From Vicugna vicugna (taxonomy: Eukaryota), in the NCBI GenBank assembly GCA_013265495.1, contig MU058636.1:5677741-5741740 (forward strand): a DNA stretch of 64,000 bases, read 5' to 3'. Position 1 is the stretch's first letter, and the number at the start of each line of letters is the position of its first letter. Under the pieces are notes generated by a model, which worked only from the letters and a program-made list of their open reading frames with translations, was not told the DNA's origin and searched no databases. The translations under genes and the position numbers were made by a program. Positions 38,802 to 52,339 of the stretch are shown in pieces.

Positions 38802-38993
38802 CAGTGGAAGCTGTTCTAACCCTAGGGGCACAGTGGAAGTGCTTCAGGGCTTCCTGGTGTTGGGACAGAGTGGAGGGGGCAATACTACTTTCTTCTTCAG
38901 CAGGGCTGTTCCACTTTGATCTGCTTTTATGTTAGACTCCATTTGAAGAAAATGCTTTATTGGGAGAGAGAATAATTTTTTTTTAAGTCCCTG
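38802..38993 (+). mobile_element. MER103C-like hAT-Charlie element
   Basis: cagtgg...ccctaggggcac...gtgcttcaggg ... tccactttgatctgcttttat...catttgaagaaa resembles recalled MER103C. Confidence 0.6.
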
Positions 38994-39236
38994 ATCTGGA
39001 TCTCTGAGAAGTGACTTGCCCAGTGTTACACAGTTCATAAACACCAAGGCTGTAGATTAAGCTGGCTCTTTTGACTAAATTGTTTTCCATTATCTCATAC
39101 TTCCTGTTACTAGGACGGAACACACAATATAAAAAACTACACATAATAGCAATGTTTAAAGATAATATGAGATATCAGGAACAATGCTCCATGCTAGTGG
39201 ATTTGAGAAGTTTGACAAATGGATGATTTCCTAGAA

Positions 39237-39440
39237 CAGTGCTAGCATAGTGTAGTCAGCGGACTCGTTGGTGAACTATTTGTTACCAGCCTACAGTGAA
39301 GTAAGTACAGAAGCTAAGATAAGTACTTAGAATCTGAGAAATAACTTTTTTATATGGATACAACATCCAAGCACATAATTTTGCATTTTATGAAAGTATT
39401 GGTCTGTGTGAATTAGAAAACCGTAACTTAACACAACTGG
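39237..39440 (+). mobile_element. MER5C-like hAT-Charlie MITE nested in old L1
   Basis: cagtgcta...gtgtagtcagcggac...aactatttgttaccag...aagtacagaa...taagtacttagaa...caacatccaagc. Confidence 0.55.
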
Positions 39441-40957
39441 TGCACGGAGAAATAGGAAATCTAAACAGACTTATAGCCATTTATAAAAATGGATCAATGG
39501 ATCAAAATCAACCACCCTTAGAAACCCTCCAGTCCAAAATGTTTTATATGCAAATTCTCCCAAATTTCCACTGAATGAATTATATCTATTTTATATAAGC
39601 TCTCCCAGAGATCAGAACAACAGGAAAAGTAACACCTCGTTTTATGAGGAAAATGTGATCTCATACCTAAACTATCAAGGACAATTCATGAAAAGAAAAC
39701 TATAGGCAAGTCTTGCTCATGACAAGAGATACAAAAAAACTCTAAATAAAATATTAGGAAATCAAGTCCTACATATATTATTATTAGTATTAAATTTGGA
39801 AATTCTATTAACATGTCAAAACATTGACCAATAAAAGGGAAAAATAACACATAATAGATAAAGAGAAGGAAGTGCTGAAAAACAAACAGTTCATGAAAAG
39901 AAAAATCACTAGCCCGTTAGAAAAAATATTCTTAAAATGTATCATTTAAATCTGTTATAAATGTCAACATCAAAAATTAAACAAAAGCATGCTTTAAAAT
40001 CAAGAAATAGAAAATTTTCCAGCTATCTTTGTTTCTTTTCATCTGATGGGGGAGAGGGCACCATTATACTTAGAAAGGCAGAACAAAACTATCATTGACA
40101 TAATTGTCCACACAGAAAATCTTAGAACTTATGCAAGTCAGTGGAACAAATAAGGAATTTTGAATTTTATCAAGATACTGCATATAATATAAAAATATTG
40201 TTTGCATTAGCATAAATGAGCAAAAAATAGACAATATAATTTTAAGAGACAGTTTATATTAGTAGCTAAATTGATAAACTGTGTAGAAATAAATCTTATA
40301 AAAATATGCAATATTTCTAAAGAAAATATTTATAAAAGTTTACTGAAAGATATAAAAGAAGACCTTATTAATGGAGAGATCCATTGTTTTCATGTATGAA
40401 AACACTCAACATTACAAAGGTGTCAATTCTCTCCAAATTAATTCATAACTTCAATATAATTAGAGCTATGTTCTCATCAGGATTTTCTGAGGAACTGGAC
40501 AAGCTGATTCTACAGTCTTATGGAAGAGTAAAAGGTCAACAAAAGCTAAGAACATCTAGAAGAAAGAAAAGTAGGGGAAGGAAGAAGAGGAAGAGAAAGA
40601 TAAAAATTATTTATAAGACTTTTAATAACACTAATGTAATTCTAAAAGTGTGGTACTGGTTCAAAGAGAAAAACTGATTAATGAGAGCATCTAAAAATAG
40701 ACCCCAAAAATATTAGGAAACTTGTTATATGACAGGTGACATTATGAGTCAGTGGGAAAGGGTAGAGTTTTCAACAAATAGTGTGGGACAATTGATTTTA
40801 TATATGAAAAAAGATAAAACTAAGCCCCTATTTCATGACATAAAAATTCACATTCCCAGATGGCTTAAAGATTGGAAAAAAAATCCTTAGGAAAAATACA
40901 GAAGAATCTTTAGGATATAAAACTAAACAAAGAGTTCTTAAAAAACAAAAACAAAAA

Positions 40958-42432
40958 CAAAAACAAACATATGGACCAATGGAAAAGAATAGAGAGCCCA
41001 GAAATGAACCCACAAACTTTTGGTCAACTAATCTTTGACAAAGGAGGCAAGAATATACAATGGAATCAAGACAGTCTCTTCAGCAATGGTGTTGGGAAAA
41101 CTGGACAGCAACATGTAAATCAGTGAAGCTAGAACACTGCCTTACACCATACACAAAAATAAACTCAAAATGGATCAAAGACTTAAACATAAGACAAGAT
41201 ACAATACACCTCCTAGAAGAAAATATAGGCAAAACATTATCTGACATACATCTCAAAATGTTCTCCTAGAACAGTCTACCCAAGCAATAGAAATAAAAGC
41301 AAGAATAAACAAATGGGACCTAATGAAACTTACAAGCTTCTGCACAGCAAAGGAAACCATAAGTAGAACAAAACAACAACCTATGAAATGGAAGAAAATT
41401 TTTGCAAACGATGAAACCAACAAAGACTTGATCTCCAGAATATAAAAGCAGCTCATATGACTTAATAAGAAAAAAACAAACAACCTAATCCAAAAATGGG
41501 CAGACCTAAACAAGAAATTCTCCAAGGAAGAAATACAAATAATCAATAAGCAGATGAAAAAATGCTCAATATCACTAATTATCAGAGAAATGCAAATCAA
41601 AACTATGATGAGGTGTCACCTTACACCAGTCAGAATGGTGAATGGCCATCATTCAGAAATCCACAAATGACAAATGCTGAAGAGGCTATGGAGCAAAGGG
41701 AACCCTCCTACACTGCTGGTGGTAATGCAGGTTGGTGCAGCCACTGTGGAAAACAGTATGGAGATTCCTCAAAAGACTAGGAATAGACTTACCATATGAC
41801 CCAGGAATCCCGCTCCTGGGCATATATCCAGAAGGAACCCTACTTCAAAATGACATCTGCACCCCAATGTTCATAGCAGCACTATTTACAATAGCCAAGA
41901 CATGGAAACAGCCTAAATGTCCATCAACAGATGACTGGATAAAGAAGAGGTGGTATATTTATACAATGGAATACTATTCAGCCATAAAAACCGACAACAT
42001 AATGCCATTTGCAGCAACATGGGTGTTCCTGGAGAATGTCATTCTAAGTGAAGTAAGCCAGAAAGAGAAAGAAAAATACCATATGAGATTACTCATATGT
42101 GGAAGCTAAAAAAATGCACATAAATACAGAACAGAAACAGACTCATAGACATAGAATACAAACTTGTGGTTGCCAAGGGAGTGGGGGGTGCTAAGGGACA
42201 TACTGGGATTTCAAAATTTGTAGATACTGACAGGCATATGCAGAATAGATAAACAAGATTACACTGTATGGCACAGGAAAATGTATACAAGGTCTTGTCG
42301 TAGCTCACAGTGAAAAAAAATGTGACAATGAATATATGTATGTTCATGTATAACTGAAAAATTGTGCTCTACACTGTAATTTGACACAACATTGTAAAAT
42401 GAATATAACTCAATTTTAAAAAGTTAAAAAAA
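40958..42432 (+). mobile_element. Young lineage-specific 5'-truncated L1 nested in old L1M
   Basis: ORF2 C-terminal peptide (ORF 41732-42109: [13 protein letters not shown]...ILSEVSQKEKEKYHM), complete 3' UTR and short A tail; same subfamily as the 21-22.5 kb element. Confidence 0.95.
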
Positions 42433-44416
42433 ATCATAAAATACCAGTAAATTATAGGGGAAAAGATTAATAAATTTAACTACATTAAAAAATAAATCTT
42501 AACTACATTAAAAATTAAGGCACCATAAAGTGAAAAGGAAAGTCATAGACTGGGAAAATATATAGGAACCACATATAAATCCCCAATTTATAAAGAATCC
42601 CTTCAATAACATAGTAGAAATGCAGCTGAATGAAGAGGCAATTTAAAAAGCAAGAAGCACAAATGGACGATAGCATATGAAAATACACTCAGCTTCACCA
42701 GTTACCAGGGAATTGAGAAATAAAAAGTGAGGTACTCTGTGAAACCACCAGCAAAACATAATTAAGCTGATGACATCAAATTTTGGTGAAAATATTAGAC
42801 ATTGCTGGCGGGCTTGTAAATTAGTATGACCTTCTTGGAGAGCCATTTGCCATTATCTGCTGAAGCTGAGACTGGACTGTGGCTCAGCAATTGAATTCTA
42901 ATTTACTCGGAGTTTACCTCAATAAACACTAGATGTATGGGCAAGGATATGTGTACAAGCATGTTGATTGTATTTTTGGTAAGAAAAGAAAAGTGGGGAA
43001 AATGCATGCCCTTGAATAGGAGTCTAGATTTTTAAATATTTTTTTTTATTTGAAAGAATATTAAATAATCTTAGGGCTAGATTTACTAATATTCACAATG
43101 ATTCAAAAACAGTTTGGTTACAAAAAGTAAAATTTTATAAGCTATATAAACTATATCATTTATTTAAGTTTGAAAAAACACACAAGATCATTTTTATGAA
43201 TAAAAACATGTGATAAAAGTCCTAGAGGCCACATGGAATGCTCCATACCAACTTCAAGCAGGGAAAGATGAAGGTGGAGATTTACTGTGCCTTCAAGGTT
43301 TTATTTCTTTAACAAAACAGAACAAGATCTGTTTCCAATAATGGTAACCTGTAAACATCATGGTGATGGATGCACGAGTGTCATGATTTACTGTACTTTG
43401 GTTTTACTGTTAAAAAGCAAACTTACTCATTTGATTTTGATTTTAAAAAGGAAGAGACATGGAGTGAGAAAACCGTTGACACTCGGGGACACAGCCCTGC
43501 ACTAGCCCTGGTCTGTTCTCAGAGACTCGGGCCTCCTGCTGAGCCTAGAGTAAGCTCAGGCATTTCACCAGGGGACCTGACCAAGCCTGGCCATTGGCTG
43601 GTAATGTCCATCAGGAGCCTTGCACAGAGAGCACCTGCCAGAGGCACTGCTGAGTTCTCTGCTCCTGCCCCTGCAGCTCGGCTCTGTCCTCCTCCTCTGC
43701 GGAGCCCTGGAAGGCCTGATACCAGAGTGAATGAAAAGACACAGTGGTGGCACAAAGATTCGTGGCCAGAGACCAAGACACACAGGAAGTTATAAGAGAA
43801 AAAAGGGTTCTGTTTCAGCTCCACCCATTGACCTTTTTGTGGGTGAGCTTTCAGTGAAAGAGCAGCATCTGAATGCTTGGAGGGATGGCTTTGTAACCTG
43901 GGGGAAGGACGCCGCTTCTAAATATAATTGATGCGGCTTTCCTGCCTTTTGGGGGGATCCATTTTCCACCACATAATCTTCCTATTGTCCACACTGATTC
44001 CTGTTTGGTTTGGCAAGGTTAACTGCTGGCAGGCCTCCTCAGAGCTGAATTCTTCATCCTCCGCTGTGCAGGGATTACTGAAGGAACAGCAAGCTTTCCC
44101 TCACTCTCCAGAGCGTGAGCCAAGTGCGACACAAATTGTGAAACTTGTTTCTGGTTACCAGGAAGACCTAAAGAAATCCTAATGAAGCAAAAAGGGTGAC
44201 AAAAGTCTTTCCAACATTTAAACAAAAAAGGTATTTTTTAGGTCTTAGATTTATGGAGGTCAATTCTCCAACTCCCAGCCAGACTTTCAAACCTCCTATT
44301 CTTTGCCCTATGTTATTTAAATACACTATAAATACCCTCCGTTGCTCTAATAGCAGGTCCATGTTGTGCAAGACAGCCATGGTCTGAAGACCTTGTTGAA
44401 TTGGAAAGAGGCAAAA

Positions 44417-44800
44417 GTTCCGTTTCTGGCACATAAACTTGAATTAGGACCAGGGTAAGAGCGCCAAAGAAGTTCACACGCTGATGGCTAGACAAACAGG
44501 TCATTTATTTGGAAAGACTTTGAATCCCTTCCCAGAGTAAAATGCAGCCCTTTATACTCAGCAGGCTTGGAATAAAAGCTTCTTAACTGACTTGATCAGT
44601 GTCCTGAATTTTAGGGTGTAGGAGAGTGCTTCTGATAACTTGGAAGTGCAGGAAAGGTGGAAAACCAGGGCCTGGAAAGGGGATTTCCTCATGGGCTTCC
44701 TGCCCCCATGATATTTTCTTCTTGTGTGTTGAGTGAGGGTTTATACTGTTTGTTGAAAGTATTATCTCTTTGTGACAAACCCCAAGTCTGAGAAGAAAAC
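44417..44800 (-). mobile_element. Possible degraded ERV LTR with PBS-like sequence
   Basis: On the minus strand: TATAAA (44551-44556), AATAAA (44504-44509), then a PBS-like tgtgccagaaacggaac (44417-44433). Family not identified. Confidence 0.3.
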
Positions 44801-46194
44801 GCAAAAGAAATGACGAGAAAATGGGATATATATCCTCCTGGATAAAACTTACAAAAGCCATAGACATCAATCAATCAGATTTACTGAATAAATATGATAT
44901 ACTAGGCCCTTTGCTAGGTTCTAAGATGAGAAATATGACTAAGACACAGTCTTTGCCTTTGAAGAGTGGTGGGGGGGTGCACAGCTTATTATGGAGAGAG
45001 AGGAATAGTGATGATCCAGTTGTGTGTGTGTTCTAACAGTGGTGATTTCAGCCCTGCCAGAGGGCAGAGCTGGCAAGTCCAAGTGCCCTGAACCGGGCAC
45101 CTGCACGCTCCCCAGGGCCCCTGCATCTGCTCTGCTCTGCTTACTGTCTGTAGGCCTCTGCCAATCACTTCCGGACCACTGGGCTCTGGTGCTTCTTCTC
45201 CATTCTAGCCAGTAGGGAAACTCCTTCCACTTCCTGAGCCTACTTCATTTGCAGGGATATCCTAAAATAGCACTATTGGGCTCTTAATGGCAGAGTTCTT
45301 TCCACTCCCAACAGCCCTCCCCTTCTAAGGGGGTCCGGCCAGTGCTCCCTCAGTCCAAACAAAAAGTCTCTCTTCCTTAAGACACGTGCTTGACTTTCCT
45401 TTGGCAGAAAATTGCGGAAAAAAAAAAGAAAAAAAAGAGGCACGACTTTACTATGTAAATGACATCTTCCTATGTGTGCCCTTGTTTGGTACATGGCCTG
45501 AATAGCCAGACATGGTGATCCAGCACTGCAGGATAGAAAAGAAGCTGCGTCAGAGGAAAGCCAGGCATAGCTTCCCCTGAGATGCCTCCTCCCTGCATCA
45601 TGCAAGCCTTGGTGCTTGAATGCAGAGACCAGCCCATCCTTCGAGACTTAAGACTTCTCTGTGGAGCGTCACTTTAGGGAGCTTATTTTCTTTTCCTCCT
45701 GTCTAGTCCTCCTCTGGAGGACCATGCTCTGTGGCCATCAGACAGACCTGTGCATGTCTTGATTCAAATATCTCAATCAATTTATCCTTCAAAGGGCTTC
45801 TGGTCTGGGAACTCCCAAAACTCCTGAGGGTGGGACTTCTCAGATTACATGAAAGACCCTGTATGGTCCTGACTTCATAGCAACCCTGTCAGAGGCTCAT
45901 CTGGACCTATCCCCAAACGATCCATTATGCAAAGAAAAGCAGTTAAAAAATAGCCTAGTAGAGACCCCCCCATATCTGAAAGAACTCTTCGGAGTGACTT
46001 GGAAGTTCAAGCTGAGGTGCTGAGTTTAGTCAGAATCCGCCCCTTCTCCTTTTCCCAGAATTGTGTTGAAATGAATGGACTCTGCTAGGTACGGGCATGT
46101 GTTGGGGCTGGGGGGCAGGGCAGGCACAAAGATGGATGGAAATAGCTGCAGCCCTCAGGCAGCAAATAGGAAGGAGAACATACCGCGTTCATAG

Positions 46195-46360
46195 CTTCCA
46201 TTTTCATATATACCAGTCCCATAACTTTAAGGGGTCGTTATTATTATGCATAATTTATAGGTAAAGAGGCTGAGGCTCAGACAGGGACGTCTAAACTTGC
46301 ACAGGTGGTATGAGCTGAAGTGGGGCCTGCAACGGATTCCTCTGTTCTAAATCGCCTCTC
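46195..46360 (-). mobile_element. MIR SINE
   Basis: tattattatgcataatttataggtaaagaggctgaggctcagacagg is the antisense MIR core. Confidence 0.65.
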
Positions 46361-47479
46361 TCCTCACAAGTGTAGGCTGTCGCTATAGTCCAGAGAGGAA
46401 ATGAGCCTGATTAGTGTCACAACAGTGGTGCAAACAGAGTTGTGGGCACAGAGCAAGAGCCATATACGTCCCTGAGGGCGAGGTGAGATGGGGTGTCCAC
46501 TGTCCACTGGCAAGGTCAGGGGAAAAGGCAATTTGGTGTGAGGAATGTCCCCAGCACAGCCATAGATGAGAAGGGAGAATTTCAGGCCTGGTTGGGGGAC
46601 CCCAAGTGAATCGTCAAGCACGACCGGTCTGGATTGTGTGCAGGGCACAGACATAGAAGGAGGAGTGAGGTGAGGGAGGTGGTCGCAGGCCAGGCTGCTG
46701 AGGTACACCATGAGCTCAGTAGCACCGGGAGCCACTGAGGGAAGGACAGCTCAGCTTTGGGCTTGGGAGGGGAGACGTCGATTTAATAGAAGGGTGAAGA
46801 AGGGGTTATCGGAAGGGACAGAACTTCCGGATACTATCAGGGCCAAGTAAGAAAGTAGGAAGGGGTGTCCTCTCAACTAGGGTAGTGTTTCTGGTCTCAA
46901 CAGTGGGACCAGAAAGCAGGGAGCTGTGTGGGATTACTAGAAATATCTCGTATCTATTCTTGGAGATTCAGAAAGGGACATAAACTTATGCATTCAGCAA
47001 TTCCTTAGTTCTTTCTTCAGTGGAGGAATCCTATTTATTGGACATCCCCTTTTGTGGAAGCCAATTATACTTTTTAAAAATACAGCATCCTAATAAAGCA
47101 GAGTTGCTCTGGCAACAGAGAGGTGCTTGGGTGCCTGGAGCACCAGCTTCCGCAGGTGTGCTCAGGCTTAGCTTGAAAGTCACATCTCAGGTGGGGTTCA
47201 AGTTCTGCCTAAATGCACCTTATCCTTGTGGACACATTATCTCTGTTTTTGTTTTGTTTTCTAGAAAACTGAATGTAGCCTCTTTTACACTGTCTGTGAC
47301 TGATCCTAGCCAAATACTGCTCTGTGAAAGTTTTGCAATCTCAGGACTCAGGAAGATGCCTGGTCCCATTGAGACAAATGTTAGTCTTGCTTGCATCTCC
47401 AGCCAACCAACCAGTCACACTTCTACATGCTGGGAGGCAGCAGTGACCGACGGGCCAGTCTCTGAACTCAAGGAGCATA

Positions 47480-48340
47480 TAAACCAGTGGGAAGACAAAA
47501 TACATTCACGTTAGCAAGTAATACTTTTAGATATCATTGATCAAGTCCTTTAAAAAATAAAGTGATATGATTGAGAGCAAAGGAGGCAGGGAAGTCTGAG
47601 GAGGTGGTGTTTGAACTGTGGTCTGAAAGAAGGAGGAAGTCCCATGTATATGTGGGAGATGGGCACTTTAAATTGCAGGACCAGCAAGGGCCAAGCCCAT
47701 AAGCCTGGAATCACTCCGTGTGTTGAGGGTCAAAACGAAGCCTATGTGCTGGGGAATGGCGAGTAGGTAGGAAAGGGATAGCAGATGGGGTTCTCCTTTG
47801 GCAGAGGCAGATCAATAGGGCCATACAACTGGCACAATGAGAGGGATTTCATTCTAAATATTTTTGGAGTTTGTCAGGGGAGTGAAATGATCTGGTTTGC
47901 ATTGTTACCCAGGGTGCTGGAAAATTGACCAGACAATGGACTGTAAAGGGACAACAGTGGAAGGAGAGAGGCCAGTTAGGCAAGAGAGGATGATGACTTG
48001 GGCTACAGTTGAATTAATTGGACAATAGGCTTTGATTGATTTTGAGATGTTTTTTTGGAGGTAGTCAATAGAATTTACTAGTGAAATTCAGTGGGGATGT
48101 TATAAAACAAGATGAATCCATTAGAACCCCTATATTTTTGTCTTGAGAGATTTGATGGATGGTGGCGCCATTTACAGAATTAGGGAGGATGTGGGCTGGG
48201 AGTTGATTTAGCCTAGGGCATGGGTTGGGAAGTGCGGATAGGAGTCAGTAGTTCTGCTTTGGCTCCTAAGTAGCTGAAATCTAAGAAGAGAAACTCAGTG
48301 GGCAGTTGGAGGCTGGTACTCAGAGTAAAATTGGGCTGGA
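47480..48340 (-). mobile_element. L2 LINE fragment
   Basis: tctgaggaggtggtgtttgaactg, ggggagtgaaatgatctggtttgcatt, gaggccagttagg, ggatggtggcgccatttac: antisense L2 motifs in order. Confidence 0.75.
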
Positions 48341-49057
48341 GATATTAATTTTTAAACTTAAAAGATCAGTCAGTAATATCTATGAGTGCTTACCATGTGC
48401 TCCACACCAAGGGAAGAAAAAATACTTTCCGTTGTCAGAAAAGTGCTTCTCCATTGAGAACTGGTTCCCCGAATTGCACGGAACAAGGCAGAGCAGGACT
48501 ACACCTTTGGGCAGGATAGTGAGATGGAACACCCACCTGTTTCTGAGAAGAAACTTTCTAGGGTACCTATCTGGCATCCTTTGCAGAGTGCCAGATCTTT
48601 GGCACAAATCTGTCTAAAACAACAACACAATTAAGCTTCTGTGAAGCATGGTGCTGTGTAAATCCATAGTGTTAGAGATATCATCTTGACATCTAGGTAC
48701 CATTCCAACAGCATCACACTGCACCCAAACAAAGAGGCCTTTCAGTGTTGTCTGTGTTCAACCTCAGATGGAAATAGCATTGTAGGAAAACAGATTTCTC
48801 ACGGGTTGTATGTACTGTTCAGACCAATTAATACTTACTATGTACCTGTAATATCTCCAAGTTACTTTCTTTGAAACAACTCTTGTTGTTGCCAGTCCTT
48901 AAATGAATCAGTTTAATGTTAACAATGTAGTACTAACATTATTTATATTATTTGTGCTATTTATGTTGTGTTGTATTATGTAACATTTCTAACTCTGCAG
49001 AAGCAGCTGTGCCAAGCATATTAAAGATACATTTCTTGTCAGAATTAGATTTACTTA

Positions 49058-49200
49058 AAGAAGAATAAGAAAAGAAGGAAGGCAGAAAGGCAAGAAAGAA
49101 AGGAGGGAGGGAGGGAAGGAAGGAGGAAGGGAACAAGGAAGGAAGGAAAAAAGAGAAAGAGAGAGAAAGAAAGGAAGAAAGAAAGAAAAAGAAAGAAAAG
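49058..49200 (+). repeat. GA-rich (GGAA/GAAA) polypurine tract
   Basis: About 140 bp of almost pure purine, read directly. Confidence 0.9.
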
Positions 49201-49707
49201 ATCTTTAAGGTGAGACCTACAGGGACAGGTAGTATGCTGGTGGTTTTAGTAATCAGCACCAAAATAATTAGACAATAAAAACGTTCTGCTTTTTCTTCCG
49301 CATGTCTATCATCCTTAGGATGCCAGTCTCAGAAATCTAGACTAGGGGAGTTTTGAGAATTGTTCATATATCTATCCATCCATCTATTACTTCACCAAAA
49401 GGGGGATACTTCAGTGATGGTGGGTCAGGGCAAAGGGAAAGTCTATGATACGTCAAGTGGGCATTGTCCTAGACACTGGGGTATTTGTTCATTCTCTCAG
49501 CAATTTATATATTGCCTACCGTAAGCCAAACACTGTGAGGCATTGAAGATACACTTGTAAAGAAGAGCTATGGTATCCACCCTTAAATTAGTTTATGATT
49601 TAGTAATTATATAAGTAATTACCTGGACATTAATAAGCAATAAAATATGTAACTACAGAAATATTTGAGTTAATTGTGACAGTGCTACAAAGGAAAGCTA
49701 CAAAGTC

Positions 49708-50015
49708 TAGTTGTTTCTCGGTATCTGTGGGGGAATTGGTTTCAGGACCCCTGAGGATATCGAAATCTGGGCATGCTCAAGTCCCTTATATAAAATGGTA
49801 TAGTGTTTGCGTATCACCTATGTATATCCCCCATATACTTTAAATTACCTGTAGATTACTTATAATACCTAATGCAATGTAAATGCTGTGTAAATAGTTG
49901 CCAGTGCACAGGAAATTTAAGTTTTGCTTTTTGGAACTTTCTGGAATTTTTTCTGAATATATTGATCTGTTATTGGTTGAATCTGGGGATGTGGAACCCG
50001 CAGATAACAACAGTC
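49708..50015 (+). mobile_element. MER2/MER2B-like TcMar-Tigger MITE inserted in an L2 fragment
   Basis: ctcggtatctgtgggggaattggtttcaggacccc...atgctcaagtcccttatataaaatgg...tagattacttataatacctaat...gttttgctttttggaactttctggaa...ggttgaatctggggatgtggaacccgcagata, with degenerate terminal inverted repeats. Confidence 0.88.
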
Positions 50016-50689
50016 AATGGGAATACATAACAAGAGGACCTCTCCTGGGGTGGGAAGAAAGAGTAGATGGGGAAATGTTCCTTGAGGAAACGATGTTTCA
50101 TTTGACACCTGGATGATAAGTAAAGTGGAGCCAGGAAAAGGGGCATTGGGCAAGGAGTAAGAGGAAGTAGCCCTAAAGGAACTGTGGATCTCTGTCTAGA
50201 TAGGACACATCCTTTAATGAGTGCGTACAACCTGATGTTATCAGTGTCATAAGCATAGTTTAAAATGGAACTAAGGACATAGAGTTCTTTTATTCTTAGT
50301 TTATGTTACTCCATTCCTAGGTTTTTGTTTTATTTCTATTTTACTTTTGTTTTTTAATTTAGGCCACGTGGCTACTAGCTCCATCACCTAGGTGTGCAAA
50401 CTTGGGTTTATGCAGTAGTCCTGTAAGAATCTTGTGAGGATTAAATGGGATGACAGTGTCCGGCATAGTGTCCAGGGCTCAGGGGGTTTGGTTTTGCTTT
50501 CCTTGTACGTAAGCAATCAGTGTGCTGTCCATGCTTGTAAACAACATAGGAGAGGGGCGATATCAGAGAACACTTGAGAAATGAAGAGGTATTTGCCTTA
50601 GTCTTGAATTGACGGCAGGTTTTCAAAAAGTGTCAACGATGCAGAAAATTGAGGGGGGTGGGAAGGTGTGGGGAGCCATTATATTATGC

Positions 50690-52210
50690 TAAAAGACACA
50701 GGAACAGGATGGTATGCACAGGGGATATTCCAGGTATGCCACAGTGCAAGGGAAGTGGAGGGTTGAGTGAAGAATGTGTCTGCATAAGTATGTTGGAACC
50801 AGATTACTTTGACCTTTGAATGACAAGCTAAAGAATGTTTATTTTATCTTACAAGCAATAAGGAGTCATTTAACGTTTTTGAATAGGAAGAAAAGATTGC
50901 CTTAGACAATATAATTGTGCAGAATGAATGGGGAAAAGAGAGTTTAGAGGCATTGATAACGTTTAGGAGACTTCATCTAGGCACAACTTAGGGTGAATGC
51001 AGCAAGGAGGAACAGATGGGAAGAGACTGTAAGCCAAGACCTGATTGTATCCGGTAATGGGGTCTACGTGAGGGCTGAGAGAGGAGATGGCTCTCTAAGG
51101 ACAAAGCCTCAGTGGAACAATTAACACCAACAGGATGTCAGCAAGAGCTGCTGCTTCCGCGGTCTCTCCTCTTCTACTCCCCCAAAAGAGTGGAAGTAGG
51201 ATTCGACTTCAGAAATCTTAGGGAGTTATGGCATATTGAGAAGAAAATGCTCAGTGGTCTGCTGGAATGAACAGCTAGACTTGGCCAATTGATTTGGGCT
51301 ACCTAAAAAAGACGAGTTTGGCAATCATTTAGTTAATGGTTGAAACTATAGAAATCCAAGAGTTCAGAGCCGTGGAACTCTAACATTGAGAAAACAGGAG
51401 GCAGAGGCAGAGGCAACTATAAAATGGACAAGAAGTAACCCAGGAGCTAGGAGACCACTTACGAAAACAAAGAGTTTTTTTTTCCTTTTCTGAAGAATTT
51501 GAGGTGGCATGATGATGACACTGTTGTTCTGAGAATGTCAAATGCTTCACGGAAATCAAGAATAGCGAGAACTTTAAAAGGGCCAGGAAGTAAGGGGAAT
51601 ATCATGTAAAAGTATTAGTGTGAGGGAAACGGGGCATGTGGTGGTTCTGTTTTATATCAGGGAGGACTTCTCTGAAATGGCAGAATTTGTATGGAGTTCT
51701 AAATGACATAAGGAACTGTGTCCATGCAAAGAGCAAGAGATGGGTTCTAGGTAGATGGAAGAGCAGAGTTTCTAAGGCTGGAGCAAGTTTGGCACAAGTA
51801 ATGAGGAACAGAAAAAGATTGGTATAGTTGGAATGAACATTCTAATTGTCAGGTCAAAATGATAGGATATTCTACAATGACCTTCCCTCAAAGCATTAAC
51901 TATCCATTGACAGATTTTGTACCTGTCAACTGCATTATTTAGCATATTTCTGTAAAAGTAAGCCAGATCATCCCCAAAAACCTATCAATAAACTCTAACA
52001 ACACATATTTATTGAGCAAGCACTTGTATGTGCCAGTCACTATTCTAGTACTAAGAATAAATCAGTGAACAAAACAAACAAAATGTCATATCCTTTGGCA
52101 CATTCATTCTAATGGGAGTGATACAAAAAACAAAACATAAAAAAGTTAAATATATAGTATGTTAGATTGTGAGAAGTGCTAAGGAGAAAAATAATGTTAG
52201 GGGAAGACAT
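50690..52210 (-). mobile_element. Cluster of L2 fragments
   Basis: Antisense L2 motifs, including the 3' end aacacatatttattgagca...atgtgccagtcactattctag...cagtgaacaaaaca at ~52000-52080. Confidence 0.65.
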
Positions 52211-52339
52211 TGAAAGTTTTTTCCACCCATCGCTCTACTGATCCAGTTGTTCATACATCTATTCATACATATATCCATCCATCCTACATAAATGGATTAC
52301 AGGCCAGGCATTGAGGATACAAATTAAATTGTGAGACTT

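Larger units (their letters stand above)
39120..43400 (+). mobile_element. Old L1M (ORF2 to 3' UTR), interrupted by a MITE and a young L1
   Basis: Degraded ORF2 motifs run in order (gaaatctaaacagac, aaagaaaactataggca, aaagaagacct...tggagaga, gtgtggtactggttcaa) and resume after 42432 (aaaagattaataaatttaactacattaaaa). Confidence 0.8.

Noticed and set aside
21369..41986. A fixed 20-kb inversion between the two young L1s
   Set aside because: The first element keeps matching TSDs on both sides, and the old L1M hosting the second continues collinearly across it.
41732..42109. 125-aa ORF with a near-identical partner at 21360-21623
   Set aside because: These are C-terminal L1 ORF2 fragments of 5'-truncated elements with a non-ATG start and upstream frameshifts; not a host gene.
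47020..47514. Longest ORF in the window (164 aa)
   Set aside because: GTG start, no recognisable domain or coding-like composition, and it runs into an L2 fragment; consistent with chance.
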